Shown: piece by piece, positions 11,683 to 24,803 of the stretch
Position numbering within the stretch: position 1 is the stretch's first letter
Layout: each line of letters begins with the position of its first letter
Assembly (NCBI RefSeq): GCF_006345805.1
Contig: NW_021832713.1
Location: 42,240 to 106,239 of the forward strand
DNA length: 64,000 nt
Direction: 5' to 3'
DNA from: Octopus sinensis
Taxonomy: Eukaryota
Notes under the pieces: generated by a model
Databases searched by the model: none
Told to the model about the DNA's origin: nothing
What the model saw: the letters and a program-made list of their open reading frames with translations, nothing else
Position numbers and translations under genes: made by a program

Positions 11683-11847
11683 CACATACATACGACCGCA
11701 TTCTTTCAGTTTCAGTCAATGAAATCCACTCACAAGGCTTTAGTCGGCCCGAGGATATAGTAAAAGACACTCGCCCAAAGGTGTCCCATAGTGGGACTGA
11801 ACCCGGAGCTATATGGTTTGGAAGCAAGCTTCTTACCACACAGCCAC
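11385..11847 (-). mobile_element. SINE-A, diverged full length
   Basis: Same head, internal microsatellite and tail organisation as the other A copies. Confidence 0.8.
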
Positions 11848-11989
11848 CAGGTATAAATATAGATATTTTCCATGTGACTATTTAAGTCAATATATCATAC
11901 AAGCAGAAGGATCCTGTTTCACTCGGCTTATAAACTCATAGCCCTAACACAGTAGCCTTTGCTTGAAGTATAATTTGACACCGTCTTTC

Positions 11990-12500
11990 GAGGCATGTAA
12001 ATATTTCGTAAACGACGCGTTCGTTCCTCGGAGTGAAATAATTTTTTTCCACGATTTTCTTCGAGTGCATTCAACGTATCTGATCTCCAATCCCGCCGCA
12101 AGTCACTTTTTTCCGGAAAAGGAACTGGGGAGGGCTTGGGGACCTACCAACTGAGATTTCTTTCGTGGGTTTTTGTTTTTCGTGTCAATGTTATTTCGCA
12201 TACTTTCAACGAATAAGACATCGAATCACGTGTAAACGGCTCCTTTCCCCGGAAAAGGAAAGATTTGGCTGCTGGTTCTAGCACGCCCTACTACCACGTA
12301 ATAGCTACATGTGATAAAAGACCCACCGATATTTCACTGTGAAATTTTTTTTGACCCCTCCCGTACTTTCTTTTCCAGAAAAAGTGGCTTGCGGCGGGTT
12401 TGGAGGTCAGATACATTGAATGCACTCGAAAAATATTGTGCAATATAATTATTTCACACCGAGGTACGGACGGGTCCCCTACGAAATATTTATCCATGTG
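11990..12500. mobile_element. MITE-like element with ~145-bp imperfect terminal inverted repeats
   Basis: 11990-12135 and 12355-12500 are imperfect reverse complements (e.g. cgagtgcattcaa / ttgaatgcactcg, cccgccgcaag / cttgcggcggg). The ORF track shows similar peptides on opposite strands. Confidence 0.7.
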
Positions 12501-12607
12501 TTACTTACTGATACACAAATACACCGGTACAGTGTTTTTGTTTGTCCCTTCAGCCTTTCTAACATTTTGCTTATGTGTTATTATACACAAATACGCTAGT
12601 ACAGAAG

Positions 12608-13057
12608 AGCGTAAACAATGAAAGTAGCTGTAATAATTCTTTGGTACCAGACATCGTTATAACAGTAAACGCGTCTCTAAAAGAAATGGAGAAATTCTCA
12701 AAATACAAAGACCTGGAAATAGAGGTAACCAGAATGTGGAATCTAAAAAAGAAACAATTCCTATCATAGTAGGTGCATTAGGCATGATAAAAATATTCAG
12801 ACAAATACATAACAAAAACCACCAGGACTTGTACAACACCATATAACCAGAAAATTTGTACTACTAGGCACTGCACACATCCTACGCAGAACACTTTCCA
12901 TACAATAACCATCAGAGCATCACAGCAAATCAGAGCACATACCTAAGGCACACAGAGCTGCGCCGGTAGTGAAGTGAAAGCACGCTATAAAAATAAAAAC
13001 TACTGAATGATAATAATAATAATAATAATAATTATAATAATAATAATAATAATAATA

Positions 13058-13090
<33 letters not shown>
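12608..13090 (+). mobile_element. R4/Dong-type LINE 3' end (RLE C-terminus, 3' UTR, (TAA)n tail)
   Basis: Translates to ...PDIVITVNASLKEMEKFSKYKDLEIEVTRMWNLK, then (frameshift) IPIIVGALGMIK.... This is the K..KY..L / P.IVGALG pattern of restriction-like endonucleases. Confidence 0.75.
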
Positions 13091-13091
<1 letters not shown>

Positions 13092-13281
13092 CTTTTCTAC
13101 GTCAGGAACAAGGCCCGGATTTCGGGGAAGCGATAAGTCGACTACATCGACTTCAGTGCGTAACTACTACTTATTTCATGGATCCGCAAAGTTTGAAAGG
13201 CAAAGGTGACCTCGGCAGAATTTGAACTCAGAACGTAAGCATTTTACCCGGCATGCTAACATTTCGCCAGCTAGCCGCCTT
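13092..13281 (-). mobile_element. SINE-C, diverged, alternative tail
   Basis: Minus-strand head ggcggctagctggcgaaatgttagcatgccggg and the gcctttcaaactt core. Confidence 0.7.
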
Positions 13282-14269
13282 AATAGTGGTAAAAAATGCT
13301 GCTGCTGTTGATGTTGATAACGACGACAATGATGATGATGATGAGGATGATGATAATGACGACAATGATGATGATGATGAGGATGATGATAATGACGACA
13401 ATGATGATGATGATGTACGTAAAACACAGCTGTGGTAAATTTGCTCCGTTCATGAAGATTAATGTGTAAGAAAAGAAATATTTCTGATGCTAATTGCATA
13501 GCATGGTTAATTACATGGTAATTATTCACTATTTCGAGATATTAACAATTTTTGCTCGTTCTGTGAGTCAATTTACACATTCTTTGCTTGTTGCATTCTC
13601 TGTTTAGTATAACTAATTATAACATATTAAAACTGGAAAAAACAGGCTTTGTTACCTGACATTCAGACACCAGATTTAATAATTATCCTTAATTAATTTG
13701 TCTTGATTGTTTAACCGTTTAACAGATTTTTAGCAACGTATGTTCTAACATATTATGAATAATACTATTTATTTGAAGGGGTGGAGTACTCTTAGCCAAG
13801 TCCTCTGGGGTAACATTTTTAATATCAGATCATTTTTTTTTTCATAGATGTCTCGAAATTTTTGGCTGTTTTCCTTATCTTCTCTGCTTTCCGTTATTAG
13901 AGGAATGGGATCTTTACCTTTTGACCGGCAGATTTAGAAAATTTTTTTTTAACTAAACACTTTCAAACCTCGTATACTGGTAGAATGTGTCATATAAAAC
14001 ATCTTTTACTCTTAGCGGTTTTGAGAAAAGTTTATGTTTATGAAGTTATTTCGTGTTAAAGTTCTCGTATTTCGGTAATTTCAACCAATCAATGACGTGT
14101 GTTAATCTGAATAAAATTACCGCTGTTGCTTGTGAACAACAACTGCCAGGTGAGATGAAATATGTCATAAATTACAGTGACAAACGAAATATACACCGTG
14201 GGAAGTTGTTGTTGACCAGCCAACCAACTACCTGACATCTATTTCGGCGATTACAATAAAGTTTAACAT

Positions 14270-14900
14270 AAGGACAACGATGTACATACCTCTATATTGC
14301 TTCCAGACAATATACACAAACAGCCTATTTGTGTGTAAGAGACCAAAAAACATGCAACATCCCTGTCAAATATGATATGGCATTGAAAGAAGGTACAATA
14401 AGCAAACCCCAAATAGAATGGAAAATTATTGCTAAAGCCAAGAAATACAGAGGACGCGTTTCCAAATGTGAACTATGTATTAATGTAAAGCTAAACATTA
14501 TACACTCAACAGATAACATCCTAAATATTAGGGTTGAATCTTTATCTATAGACAAGCAATATTTAACACACAAATTCTGCAAAGACAAATCACTATCTGC
14601 GGCGGTAATACCACCAGGATAGACCCTTTCCTGACCGTGAAATCTGAACAGACATAGCATACAAAAACCACACACAGAAGAAATATTCCCCAATGACAAA
14701 CTAACACAACACACAAGTATTAGAACACTCACACCGAAAACAAAAGCAGAATAATGTAAACAAATTGACTGCACAATAGTTTGCCCAAAAGACAAATCCA
14801 AGGGCGACAAACGTTCAAAAGACGTCACCCAAGGGTGACGCCCTTTGATTTATTGTTTTATTGACGAGAATTGACGAGAATCTCTGTGAACCAAAACATG
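14270..14900 (+). mobile_element. Penelope-like element 3' fragment (GIY-YIG C-terminal region)
   Basis: ORF 14329-14622 reads ...PQIEWKIIAKAKKYRGRVSKCELCINVKLNII...ILNIRVE, matching the W.I..KA..Y....C.LC..EK..I...LN.R.E pattern of PLE endonuclease C-termini. Confidence 0.7.
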
Positions 14901-15384
14901 CTGTGCTTTTCCATGATGGAGGAGAACAGCTTTGTCCATGTGACCGGCTTGAAAAATTTTTTAGATACTAGAATATTTTTCTATTTTTCTTAACATGAAA
15001 CCCAAAGTAGCTTTAATTCACAAATAAAGAAATTATATCCACCAACGCGATGTTGAACAACTATTTTTCTCATTCGATATTTACGTATATATATATATAT
15101 ATATATAATATATATATACTATATATATATTTGTATGTGTGTGTGTATGTGTGTATTTGTATATACATATGTATATATACTATATATATATTACACACAT
15201 TCATATATTACATACATATATATATATATATTATATATATACATATTCATAAATATAATATGTATATGTATGTATAACTATATATGTATAGACATACACA
15301 CTAATGTATGCATATATACTGGTATATTTATGCATATATACAAATATACATCAATACATACATACACATACACACACGAATTTG

Positions 15385-16270
15385 TGAGAAAGAAGTTAAA
15401 AAGACATTTAGGAGAAGGTGAAAGATTGAGAGGAGGGGAACTGCAGAACAAAAGCGTAAGAATGATGCTGGAAAGAACATAGAGAATAAGAGACAAAGGG
15501 TATGAAGTTATATTGGAAGAATTGAAACACAAAGAGAAGGAGCAATCAATGCAAACTGGAAAGGTATGATAAAAGGGGAAAAAAAAAACAGTTCAGGCAA
15601 AACAGATTGTTTGAAGCAAATCAGAAGAACGTGTTTCAGGAACTAGATGGGCAAATACACGTAACAATGATACAAGATATTTCATCTCAATCGAAGGAGA
15701 GGAGCTTTCTCCGTCCGGGTTGCGGATCCGTGGAACAAGCTGCCAGATGAGATGGTGAAGATGCCGACGACCGCTTTGTTCAAAGCCTCCCTGGACCTCA
15801 AGTGGCCTGAACTCTTTACATGAACACCACCCTGTACTTAACTCCATGTCCCCCTACATGGCCTTGCTATTTGCTTTTGAGCCAAATTAACTAACTAACT
15901 AACTAACTAAGATACAGATGAAAGCAAGGCTTTCTTGAGAGAGACCTAGGGCCAACCTATAGAACATAATGATGAAGCGGGGTGGCTGCAAGAAATCCAA
16001 GATGAGTTAAGCAATACAGAAGTCCACGAAGACATACAAATAACAACAGAAATGAACAAAAAAAGCAGTTAAGAAAATTCCCAAATTGGAAGAGCCCAAT
16101 ACCTGATGGGATCCAAGGGTATTGGATGAAGAAACTGAGAGGGTTCCATAAAAGGATAGCACAACAGCTAGATGAGTGCTTGTAGGAAGGCGCAGTACCC
16201 AGCTGGATGACAAAGGAAAAAACATTGTTATGTGCCAAGGATCCTGAAAAGGGAAATGTTGCATCCAAAA
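15385..16270 (+). mobile_element. Degenerate R4/Dong-type LINE (pre-RT and RT domain 0/1)
   Basis: Frameshifted peptides QFRQNRLFEANQKNVFQELDG and PNWKSPIPDGIQGYWMKKL...PSWMTKEKTLLCAKDPEKGN. Confidence 0.75.
15675..15910 (+). mobile_element. CR1-type LINE 3' end nested in the R4/Dong fragment
   Basis: FSVRVADPWNKLPDEMVKMPTTALFKASLD and a (TAAC)n tail. GATACA at 15669-15674 and 15911-15916 is a possible TSD. Confidence 0.75.
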
Positions 16271-17059
16271 GATAAACACTCGTGAGGAGGATTCGATCTT
16301 TCAGTTCAAGAAATAGTTTTCTTATTATTTATCCACACACCTACGTCAAATCTGCTGTTTTTAAACCCAATGCCAGCAGGCGAAAACTGAATATAAAAAA
16401 AAACTCCTAAAGGTATATAATAGAAATGCTTATAAATATTTACCATTTTTCAACATTTATTTACCAAGAATCAATACCACTTTCCTTTAACTTTGTTTTT
16501 TACCTTTTCCTTTTTTTTTATATTCTCACCAATGTCATGAATTTGGAATTAGACGACTTCAGAGAATGCCAAAGTGTACTAGATTCCTAAGACAAGACAG
16601 CAGCTATCTTTACAACATATTTTAATAAATCGAATAAAATGGATAATATCATGTAAATCGTTATTTCCTTTTTCTTTTATTTGTCTTTCTTTCTAACAGC
16701 TTTTCTGTTAAACTGTTCGGATATTTTTGAGGAATGGTCGAATGATTGATACAAGGCGGTCGGTTATTAATATGATTGACTAAAATCTTGTAGTTTAAAA
16801 TCCTGATAATGTCGTCGAAGGTTTACATTGGTAATCATTTATCTCAGCTGTTTATCAATACTCTGGCTTCCTATTGCCTTATAAAATTTATTAGAAATGC
16901 TGTGAATCAGATTAGTTCGAGCTTGTAACAGATTCAACGATCGATTATTGGGAAACGTTAAATAAGACGAAAAAGAAGAAGAAAAAAAAGAATATCTAGA
17001 AGAAAGCGATAAAGAAATACAAAGAAAACAAAGGAGATGACGCCGTCGACGGCGAAGAG

Positions 17060-17405
<346 letters not shown>

Positions 17406-17849
17406 ACTGAAATTTGGGGCGGGGTAGATATTCAATTACAACTGGTACTTATTTAATTGGTCCGGAGAGAAAAATAGATAAAGTTGACCTCAGTGGAATT
17501 TGAGGTCAGAACTTTAAAGGCCGGAAGAGATGTCGCTAAGAACTGAAAGAAGCCCGTCGTGTATATGTCTATATGTGTGTGTGTGTGTGTGTAAATATAT
17601 GTTTGTGTGTCTGTGTTTGTCCCCCCCCCCAACCTCGCTTGACAACCGATGCTGGTGTGTCACATCCATGTTGTATCATAAGTTCCCCAAGGCAAATCAG
17701 GCATTGTAGTAAATAACAGATATAATGTTCTCTTGACAATTAACTATTCGAAGTGTGTAATTTTGGTTCAAAATACAAGTTTCTAGAACTTTGAGCTACT
17801 TTCTTCTTCCGTTTTTACATTTGAAGATCAGACGCACACTTGCATCAGA

Positions 17850-18228
17850 CACCTACCATATTCTGAGCGCCTTGTTTCCCTGGGCATGGATTCACTGAAG
17901 CTCCGGCGTCTGGCGATGGACTTGGTAAACACCCACAAAGTTACCAACCACCTCACCAACAACAACACTGAACACCTTTTTGATCTCCATGTGTCTAACA
18001 CACGTGGACATGCCTACAAAGTCAGAAAACAACACAGCTCCCATGACTTTCAGAAACATTTTTTCACGCTCAGAGTTGCTGAAGCATGGAACAAACTGCC
18101 TGCGTCAGTTGTTGACTGCCATGACACTGCATCCTTTAAGGCTCTCATGTTTTCCGAAATCCGCCAAAACTACACCTGATTATATATACACTTTAGATGA
18201 GTTGTAGTGCACCTGAGCACTGTACACA

Positions 18229-18305
<77 letters not shown>
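17850..18305 (+). mobile_element. CR1-type LINE 3' end with (ATT)n tail
   Basis: LPYSERLVSLGMDSLKLRRLAMDL...TRGHAYK...FFTLRVAEAWNKLP is the conserved CR1 ORF2 C-terminus. Confidence 0.8.
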
Positions 18306-18307
<2 letters not shown>

Positions 18308-18620
18308 CCTATATTCTACCATTATCAACGTTCAATATATATTCGCCGTCGAGAGATTTTTTTTTTAACTGTTCCTATAAAGGCATGTTGTAAACACCTC
18401 TGGTTTTTGAGAATCAAAGGAATGTAATATTCCTGATTCGCCACTTATTGATATATTTCTCAGGTAAGGCAGAAGACACCTTTGTAGCGTACTGCTACAA
18501 CACTTCTTTTCTTGGACTTAACCTATGTATGAAATTTCGTTTTGACTTCTGATCCGGACAACGAACTGAGTACCAGAATTTTTTGTTTATACAGTGTAGA
18601 TTTGTATTGATGTTGGTAAT

Positions 18621-18860
18621 GTTCTTTATTATTTATTTACTGCCCACAAGGGGCAACACAAGGCGGGGACAAACAAGGACAGACAAACGGATTAAGTCGA
18701 TTATATCGACCCCAGTGCGTAACTGGTACTTACTTAATCAAACCCGAAAGGAGGAAAGGCAAAGTCGACCTCGGCGGAATTTGAACTCAGAACGTAGCGT
18801 CAGACGAAATACTGCTAAGCATTTCGTCCGGCGTGCTAACGTTTCTGCCAGCTCGCCGCC
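18621..18860 (-). mobile_element. SINE-C monomer with a 14-bp TSD
   Basis: TTGATGTTGGTAAT at 18607-18620 and 18861-18874. Confidence 0.9.
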
Positions 18861-19605
18861 TTGATGTTGGTAATATTTTTTATGCCGTTCAAAGTTGCTT
18901 TCAAAATAAGAAATGAATCTGCTAGTGAAATGCAGTCGGCACTTGTCAGGCAATTGAACACGCATGAAGAATTTTGCAATTTCATCTCCTATGAGGTAGT
19001 CCCACATAATCCAAATGTATATCCAAAATGTTGTTCCAATCGCCCTCTGACTCAAGACGTTTTTGAAGAGTCTAGAGGTTTCTATGAAAGTGTGGCGTAC
19101 AAATAGAGTTGATGACGTAAACTATTCAGCACTGGCGATTTTCCTGTCCTACAGCCGTTGGGTTTGTCTGCTACTTCATTTGCCGGAATCGGTCAACGCT
19201 CATGAAATGTGTGCAGTGTTGTTGAAATTGTACACGTATCAGCTTGGAATCGAAACATTCGTCGATGTTGTCAGCGTGATTTTATGCCCAAGCTATATTC
19301 GTTCATTACACAAATCACCTTCCTTCCTTTTTATGTCTTTGCACAAACAACGCGTTTTTATCGGTTTGCTAGTCTCGACCACCAATCTAATTTTCTTTAT
19401 TGCAATACGACATTGCTCAAACTGAGTCTAATTTTTCCTTTCAGTGAGTGAAAAAAATACTTGATTTTAATAACTGCGTTAAGCAGTACTCGCTTAAATA
19501 GTTTGAGAATAATTTGAGCAGCTGCTCTCTGTTATTTTCCTTTAAAATTACTGTATTCATAACGAATTTATTTGTGGTGTAGCTGACAACTCGAAACTGG
19601 GACAA

Positions 19606-19848
19606 TTTACTCTTTACTCTTTTACTTGTTTCAGTCATTTGACTGCGGCCATGCTGGAGCACCGCCTTTAGTCGAGCAAATCGACCCCAGGACTTATTCT
19701 TTGTAAGCCTAGTACTCATTCTATCGGGCTCTCTTTTGCCGAACCGCTAAGTTACCGGGACGTAAACACACCAGCATTGGTTGTCAAGCGATGTTGTGGG
19801 GGACAAACATAGACACACAAACATATACGCACACATTCATATATATAT

Positions 19849-19922
<74 letters not shown>

Positions 19923-20109
19923 ATATATATATTGATATATATATATGCATTTATACGACGGGCTTTTTTCAGTTCCGTCTACCAAATCCAATCACAAGGC
20001 TTTGGTCGGCCCGAGGCTATCGTAGAAGACACTTGCTCAAGGTGCCACGAAGTAGGACTGAACCCGGAACCATGTGGTTCATAAGCAAACTACTTACCAC
20101 ACAGCCACT
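19606..20109 (-). mobile_element. SINE-A, full length with an expanded internal (TA)n
   Basis: Head, internal microsatellite and tail match the other A copies. Confidence 0.85.
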
Positions 20110-20384
20110 GTTAACCTAACGAAAGTTATTACTGTGATTATATAACCTGCTGTCCAGGTCTATATTGAGGCATTTGAGAAAGGTTGTAACTACAAGAGAA
20201 ATGGAAAGTCCAAAGTAGTAATACAGGGTTTCGTATTACAAAATGTTGAAGTCTAAAAGGTTCTTTGATCATTGGTTTCTTGTCTACAACCACTTCTTTA
20301 CTTTCTTGATTGTTTCTCGTACCAGTTCTCTGATTCAAATGTGTTACCATTGTCATCCTCACTTTTAGAATCGTAAATTAACGA

Positions 20385-20446
20385 TGATAATAATAATAAT
20401 AATAATATTAATAATAATAATAATAATAATAATAATGATGATGATG

Positions 20447-20488
<42 letters not shown>

Positions 20489-20715
20489 TAATAATGATGA
20501 TAATATGATGATAATAATGATGATTATAATAATAATAATAAGGATAATAATAAAGCAAAATAATAATAATAATAATATAATGATGTTAATAATGAAGATA
20601 TAATAATAATAATAATGATGAGATGATGATAATATAAAATAATAATATAATAATAATAATGATGATAATAATAATAATAATAATAATATGATAATATAAT
20701 AATAATAATAATAAT
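20385..20715. repeat. Degenerate (AAT)n array
   Basis: Directly visible. Confidence 0.9.
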
Positions 20716-21255
20716 CTGATGGCAGTACCAGGCTGGCTCTCATGGCTTCTGATCTTAACTGATTGGAAGTGTTCATGTACATTGTTTTGTCTTGGTATAA
20801 AAGAGGGCTAACAGCAAATATTCTGCTCAATACACAGATTTGCTTGTCATTGTTTGACCTAACCATTGAGCATGTCCCTTTAGTGGCTGACGATATGTGC
20901 ATCTCTGATCACGAGCAGAAGTAGTGGGGAGCATCATAGCCATGTGTTGAGAGGGATTCTTTGGGGTTTGAATAGTTCGCCTCTGGAAACATGGGTGGTT
21001 CTTTCAACATCTTAAACACCCTTATTCAGAGACCGTTTGAGCGGGATGGGCTACTCAACCTGAAGAAAATTCTAACTGGGCCCCACCTGCAAGGTCATGT
21101 GCTGTTTATCTTGATATGAGATCACCATGTCGCGCACATATGGTTGTGATGGCATGTGCCTTGTGTACCTTTATCAGACGGGTAGTCATATGGGTATATT
21201 GGGCTTCGTAATTTTACCCCAGGTCACCTTGATGGCATGAACTGCTCTCTCACTC
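20716..21255 (+). mobile_element. Family F retroposon-like repeat (probable LINE 3' UTR) flanked by (AAT)n
   Basis: A second copy lies at 57067-57526 (-). Both end in ...gatggcatg.actg.tctctcactc(aat)n. Confidence 0.7.
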
Positions 21256-21290
<35 letters not shown>

Positions 21291-21799
21291 TAATAATAAT
21301 AATAATAACAACAACGACAATGAATGGTCATGGTAATAGTAATAATACTTGTAATAATATTTATAATAATAATAATAATATTATTATTATTCTTTTTGAA
21401 TTATTGATTATTTTTTCTCTCATCGTGATAACGTTAACAAGTAAAACACTAATAATGGCCAATGCCAATAACATTATAAAGTATAGTTATTTCATGACGA
21501 ACAGACAGAAAATAGTTTTACTTTGAAGGACTGGAAACTAGTAACGGATAAATGATCAAATCTAATGAGGGAAAATAGATACAAATATTTCGACGATGTA
21601 TGTGTTGTTTGATAAGATAGATTTATGATACAAGAGATGAAAGATAAGCTTTTGAAACGAATATATGCGAAAGATTTGATTGGAATGCAAACAATATGAG
21701 CGCATATATACATACATACATAATACATATATATATATATATAGATATGTGTGTGTGTGTGTGTGGTATATATATATATATGATATTATATATATAAAT

Positions 21800-21864
21800 A
21801 TATTTACATATATTATATATATATTATATATTATACATACATATATATATATAGATATATATAC

Positions 21865-21909
<45 letters not shown>

Positions 21910-21951
21910 CATATATATGCATTAATATACAGATACATATACATATATATA

Positions 21952-21982
<31 letters not shown>

Positions 21983-22107
21983 CACACAGACAGAGAGATA
22001 AGTAGAAAGATAGATTGGTAGATAAAATATAGATAGATAAATAGATAGATATAGACATATGGACATAGTTATTCATAAATATAATACAGACACACACACG
22101 CACACAC

Positions 22108-22140
<33 letters not shown>

Positions 22141-23195
22141 TAAATATATATAGTCATATATATATATATATAGACTTATATACTTATACACACATATAGA
22201 TATGTATATGTTATATTATATATATATACAATATAGATATGTATATGTATATATATATACACCATATACATATGTATATGTATATATAAATATATGTATA
22301 TAAATATATATAATATATAATATATACATATATATGTATGTGTATATATATAGATACACACGCACACATATACAGACACACATGCATATTGTGTGTGAGA
22401 GAGAAACACTAAAAAACTCCACCATACATATTGTTGTAAAAAAAGCGTTAGTTTAAACAAGGGCAGGAAGGGAAACTACAGAGTATAGCACATACAGCGA
22501 TATATTTTATTATTGTAGACTGTATTTACCGTTGCCGATTTTTGGACAACTTAAAAAAATTGGCGCGCATTCTAAAAATAATAGTTTGATAACGTAGCAA
22601 AGTTGATTGCTTGATAAAGAATAATAAGGAATGTTATTTGAATAAGAATATAACTGTGAGTTTGTGTTACACTTAGAGAGATCACAGACGCTACACACAT
22701 AATAATGGACTGGCCGAGCTTGAATAGAAAAGAACGGTAACACCCACGACCACACCATATGACTAAAGACAGAAGGGAAGAGAAGAGAAAGGGAAAATCG
22801 TAAATAATACGCAGGGGTGGCTGTGTGGTAAGTAGCTTGCTAACCAACCACATGGTTCCGGGTTCAGTCCCACTGCGTGACATCTTGGGCAAGTGTCTTC
22901 TGCTATAGCCCGGGCCGACCAATGCCTTGTGAGTGGATTTGGTAGGCGGAAACTAAAAGAGCCTGTCATATATGTATATATGTGTATGTGTGTGTGTGTG
23001 TTGTTGTATATATATATATATTATATATATATATATACATATATTACATATATCTATATATATATTATATATATAATACCTACATATATATGTATATGAT
23101 ATATATCCATCTATATATATATTATATATATAATATATATCGATATATATACATCTATTCATCTATATACAGAGCCATATACATATATATATATA

Positions 23196-23230
<35 letters not shown>

Positions 23231-23331
23231 GACAGAGAGATAAGTATAAAGATAGATTGGTAGATATAAATATAGATAGATAATAGATAGATATAGACAT
23301 ATGGACATAGTTATTCATAAATATAATACAG

Positions 23332-23369
<38 letters not shown>

Positions 23370-23596
23370 CTACACACACAACATAAATATATAGACACAC
23401 ACAAATATATAAGTCATATATATATATATATAGACTATATACTTATACACACATATAGATATGTATATGTATCTATATACATACATATATAGATATGTAT
23501 ATGTATATATATACACACATATAGATATGTATATGTATATATAAACATACGTATATATATATTTATATTTATATATGTATATATATATATATATAA

Positions 23597-23634
<38 letters not shown>

Positions 23635-24290
23635 TATGTATGTGTATATAATAGATACGCACGCACACATATACAGACACACATGCATATGTGTGTGAGA
23701 GAGAAACACTAAAAAACTCCGCCATACATATTGTAAAAATAAGCGTTAGTTTAAACAAGGGCAGGAAGGGAAACTACACAGTACAGCACATACAGCGTAT
23801 TTTATTATTGTAGACTGTATTTACCGTTGCCGATTTTTGGACAACTTTAAAAAATTGGCGCGCATTCTAAAAATAATAGTTTGATAACGTAGCAAAGCTG
23901 ATTGCTTGATAAAGAATAATAAGGAATGTTATTTGAATAAGAATATAACTGTCAGTTTGTGTTACACTTAGAGAGATCACAGACGCTACACACACAATAA
24001 TAGACTGACCGAGCTTCAATAGAAAAGAGCGGTAACACCCACGACCACACCATATGACTAAAGACAGAAGGGAAGAGAAGAGAAAGGCAAAATCGTAAAT
24101 AATACGCAGGAGTAGCTGTGTCGTAAGTAGCTTGCTAACCAACCACATGGTTCCGGGTTCAGTCCCATTGCGTGGCATCTTGGGCAAGTGTCTTCTGCTA
24201 TAGCCCGGGCCGACCAATGCCTTGTGAGTGGATTTGTTAGGCGGAAACTAAAAGAAGCCTGTCATATATATGTATATATGTGTATGTGTG
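21800..24290. repeat. Tandem duplication, period ~1.25-1.3 kb
   Basis: Shared anchors at 21989/23231, 22445/23743 and ~22945/24240. A few percent substitutions in the unique part. Confidence 0.9.
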
Positions 24291-24510
24291 TGTGTTTGTG
24301 TGTGTGTGTTTGTTCCCCTAGCATTGCTTGACAACAGATGCTGGTGTGTTTACGTCCCCGTCACTAAGCGGTTCGGCAAAAGTGACCGATAGAATAAGTA
24401 CTGGGCTTACAAATAATAAGTCCCGGGGTCGATTTGCTCGATTAAAAGCGGTGCTCCAGCATGGCCGCAGTCAAATGACTGAAACAAGTAAAAGAGTAAA
24501 AAGAGTAAAG
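24105..24510 (+). mobile_element. SINE-A, full length (its 5' half is duplicated at 22808-22968)
   Basis: Head, internal microsatellite and tail present. Confidence 0.85.
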
Positions 24511-24761
24511 AGTATACATGCAGGGTTATACACACACACAGTCGACATGTATGCACTTACCTGTGATACATATAAGGAACAGTGACAGATAAATAAATAA
24601 AAAATTTAATAGATAAAATATAAATAAATAAAAATTGTATATTTGTCACATACCTGTGATGAATATAAGAAATAGAGATCGATGAAATAAATAAATAATT
24701 AAATAAATAAATCTATATAAAGGGCATTGATATCAACGACATACGAAGCGAACCCGTACAC

Positions 24762-24803
<42 letters not shown>

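Noticed and set aside
18383-18463. In-frame TGA as selenocysteine in a candidate exon
   Set aside because: No selenoprotein motif or SECIS was seen. An alternative acceptor or chance explains it.
19150-19260. piggyBac-like MSVDRFRQ motif
   Set aside because: It is a short match surrounded by stops, with no other transposase motifs.
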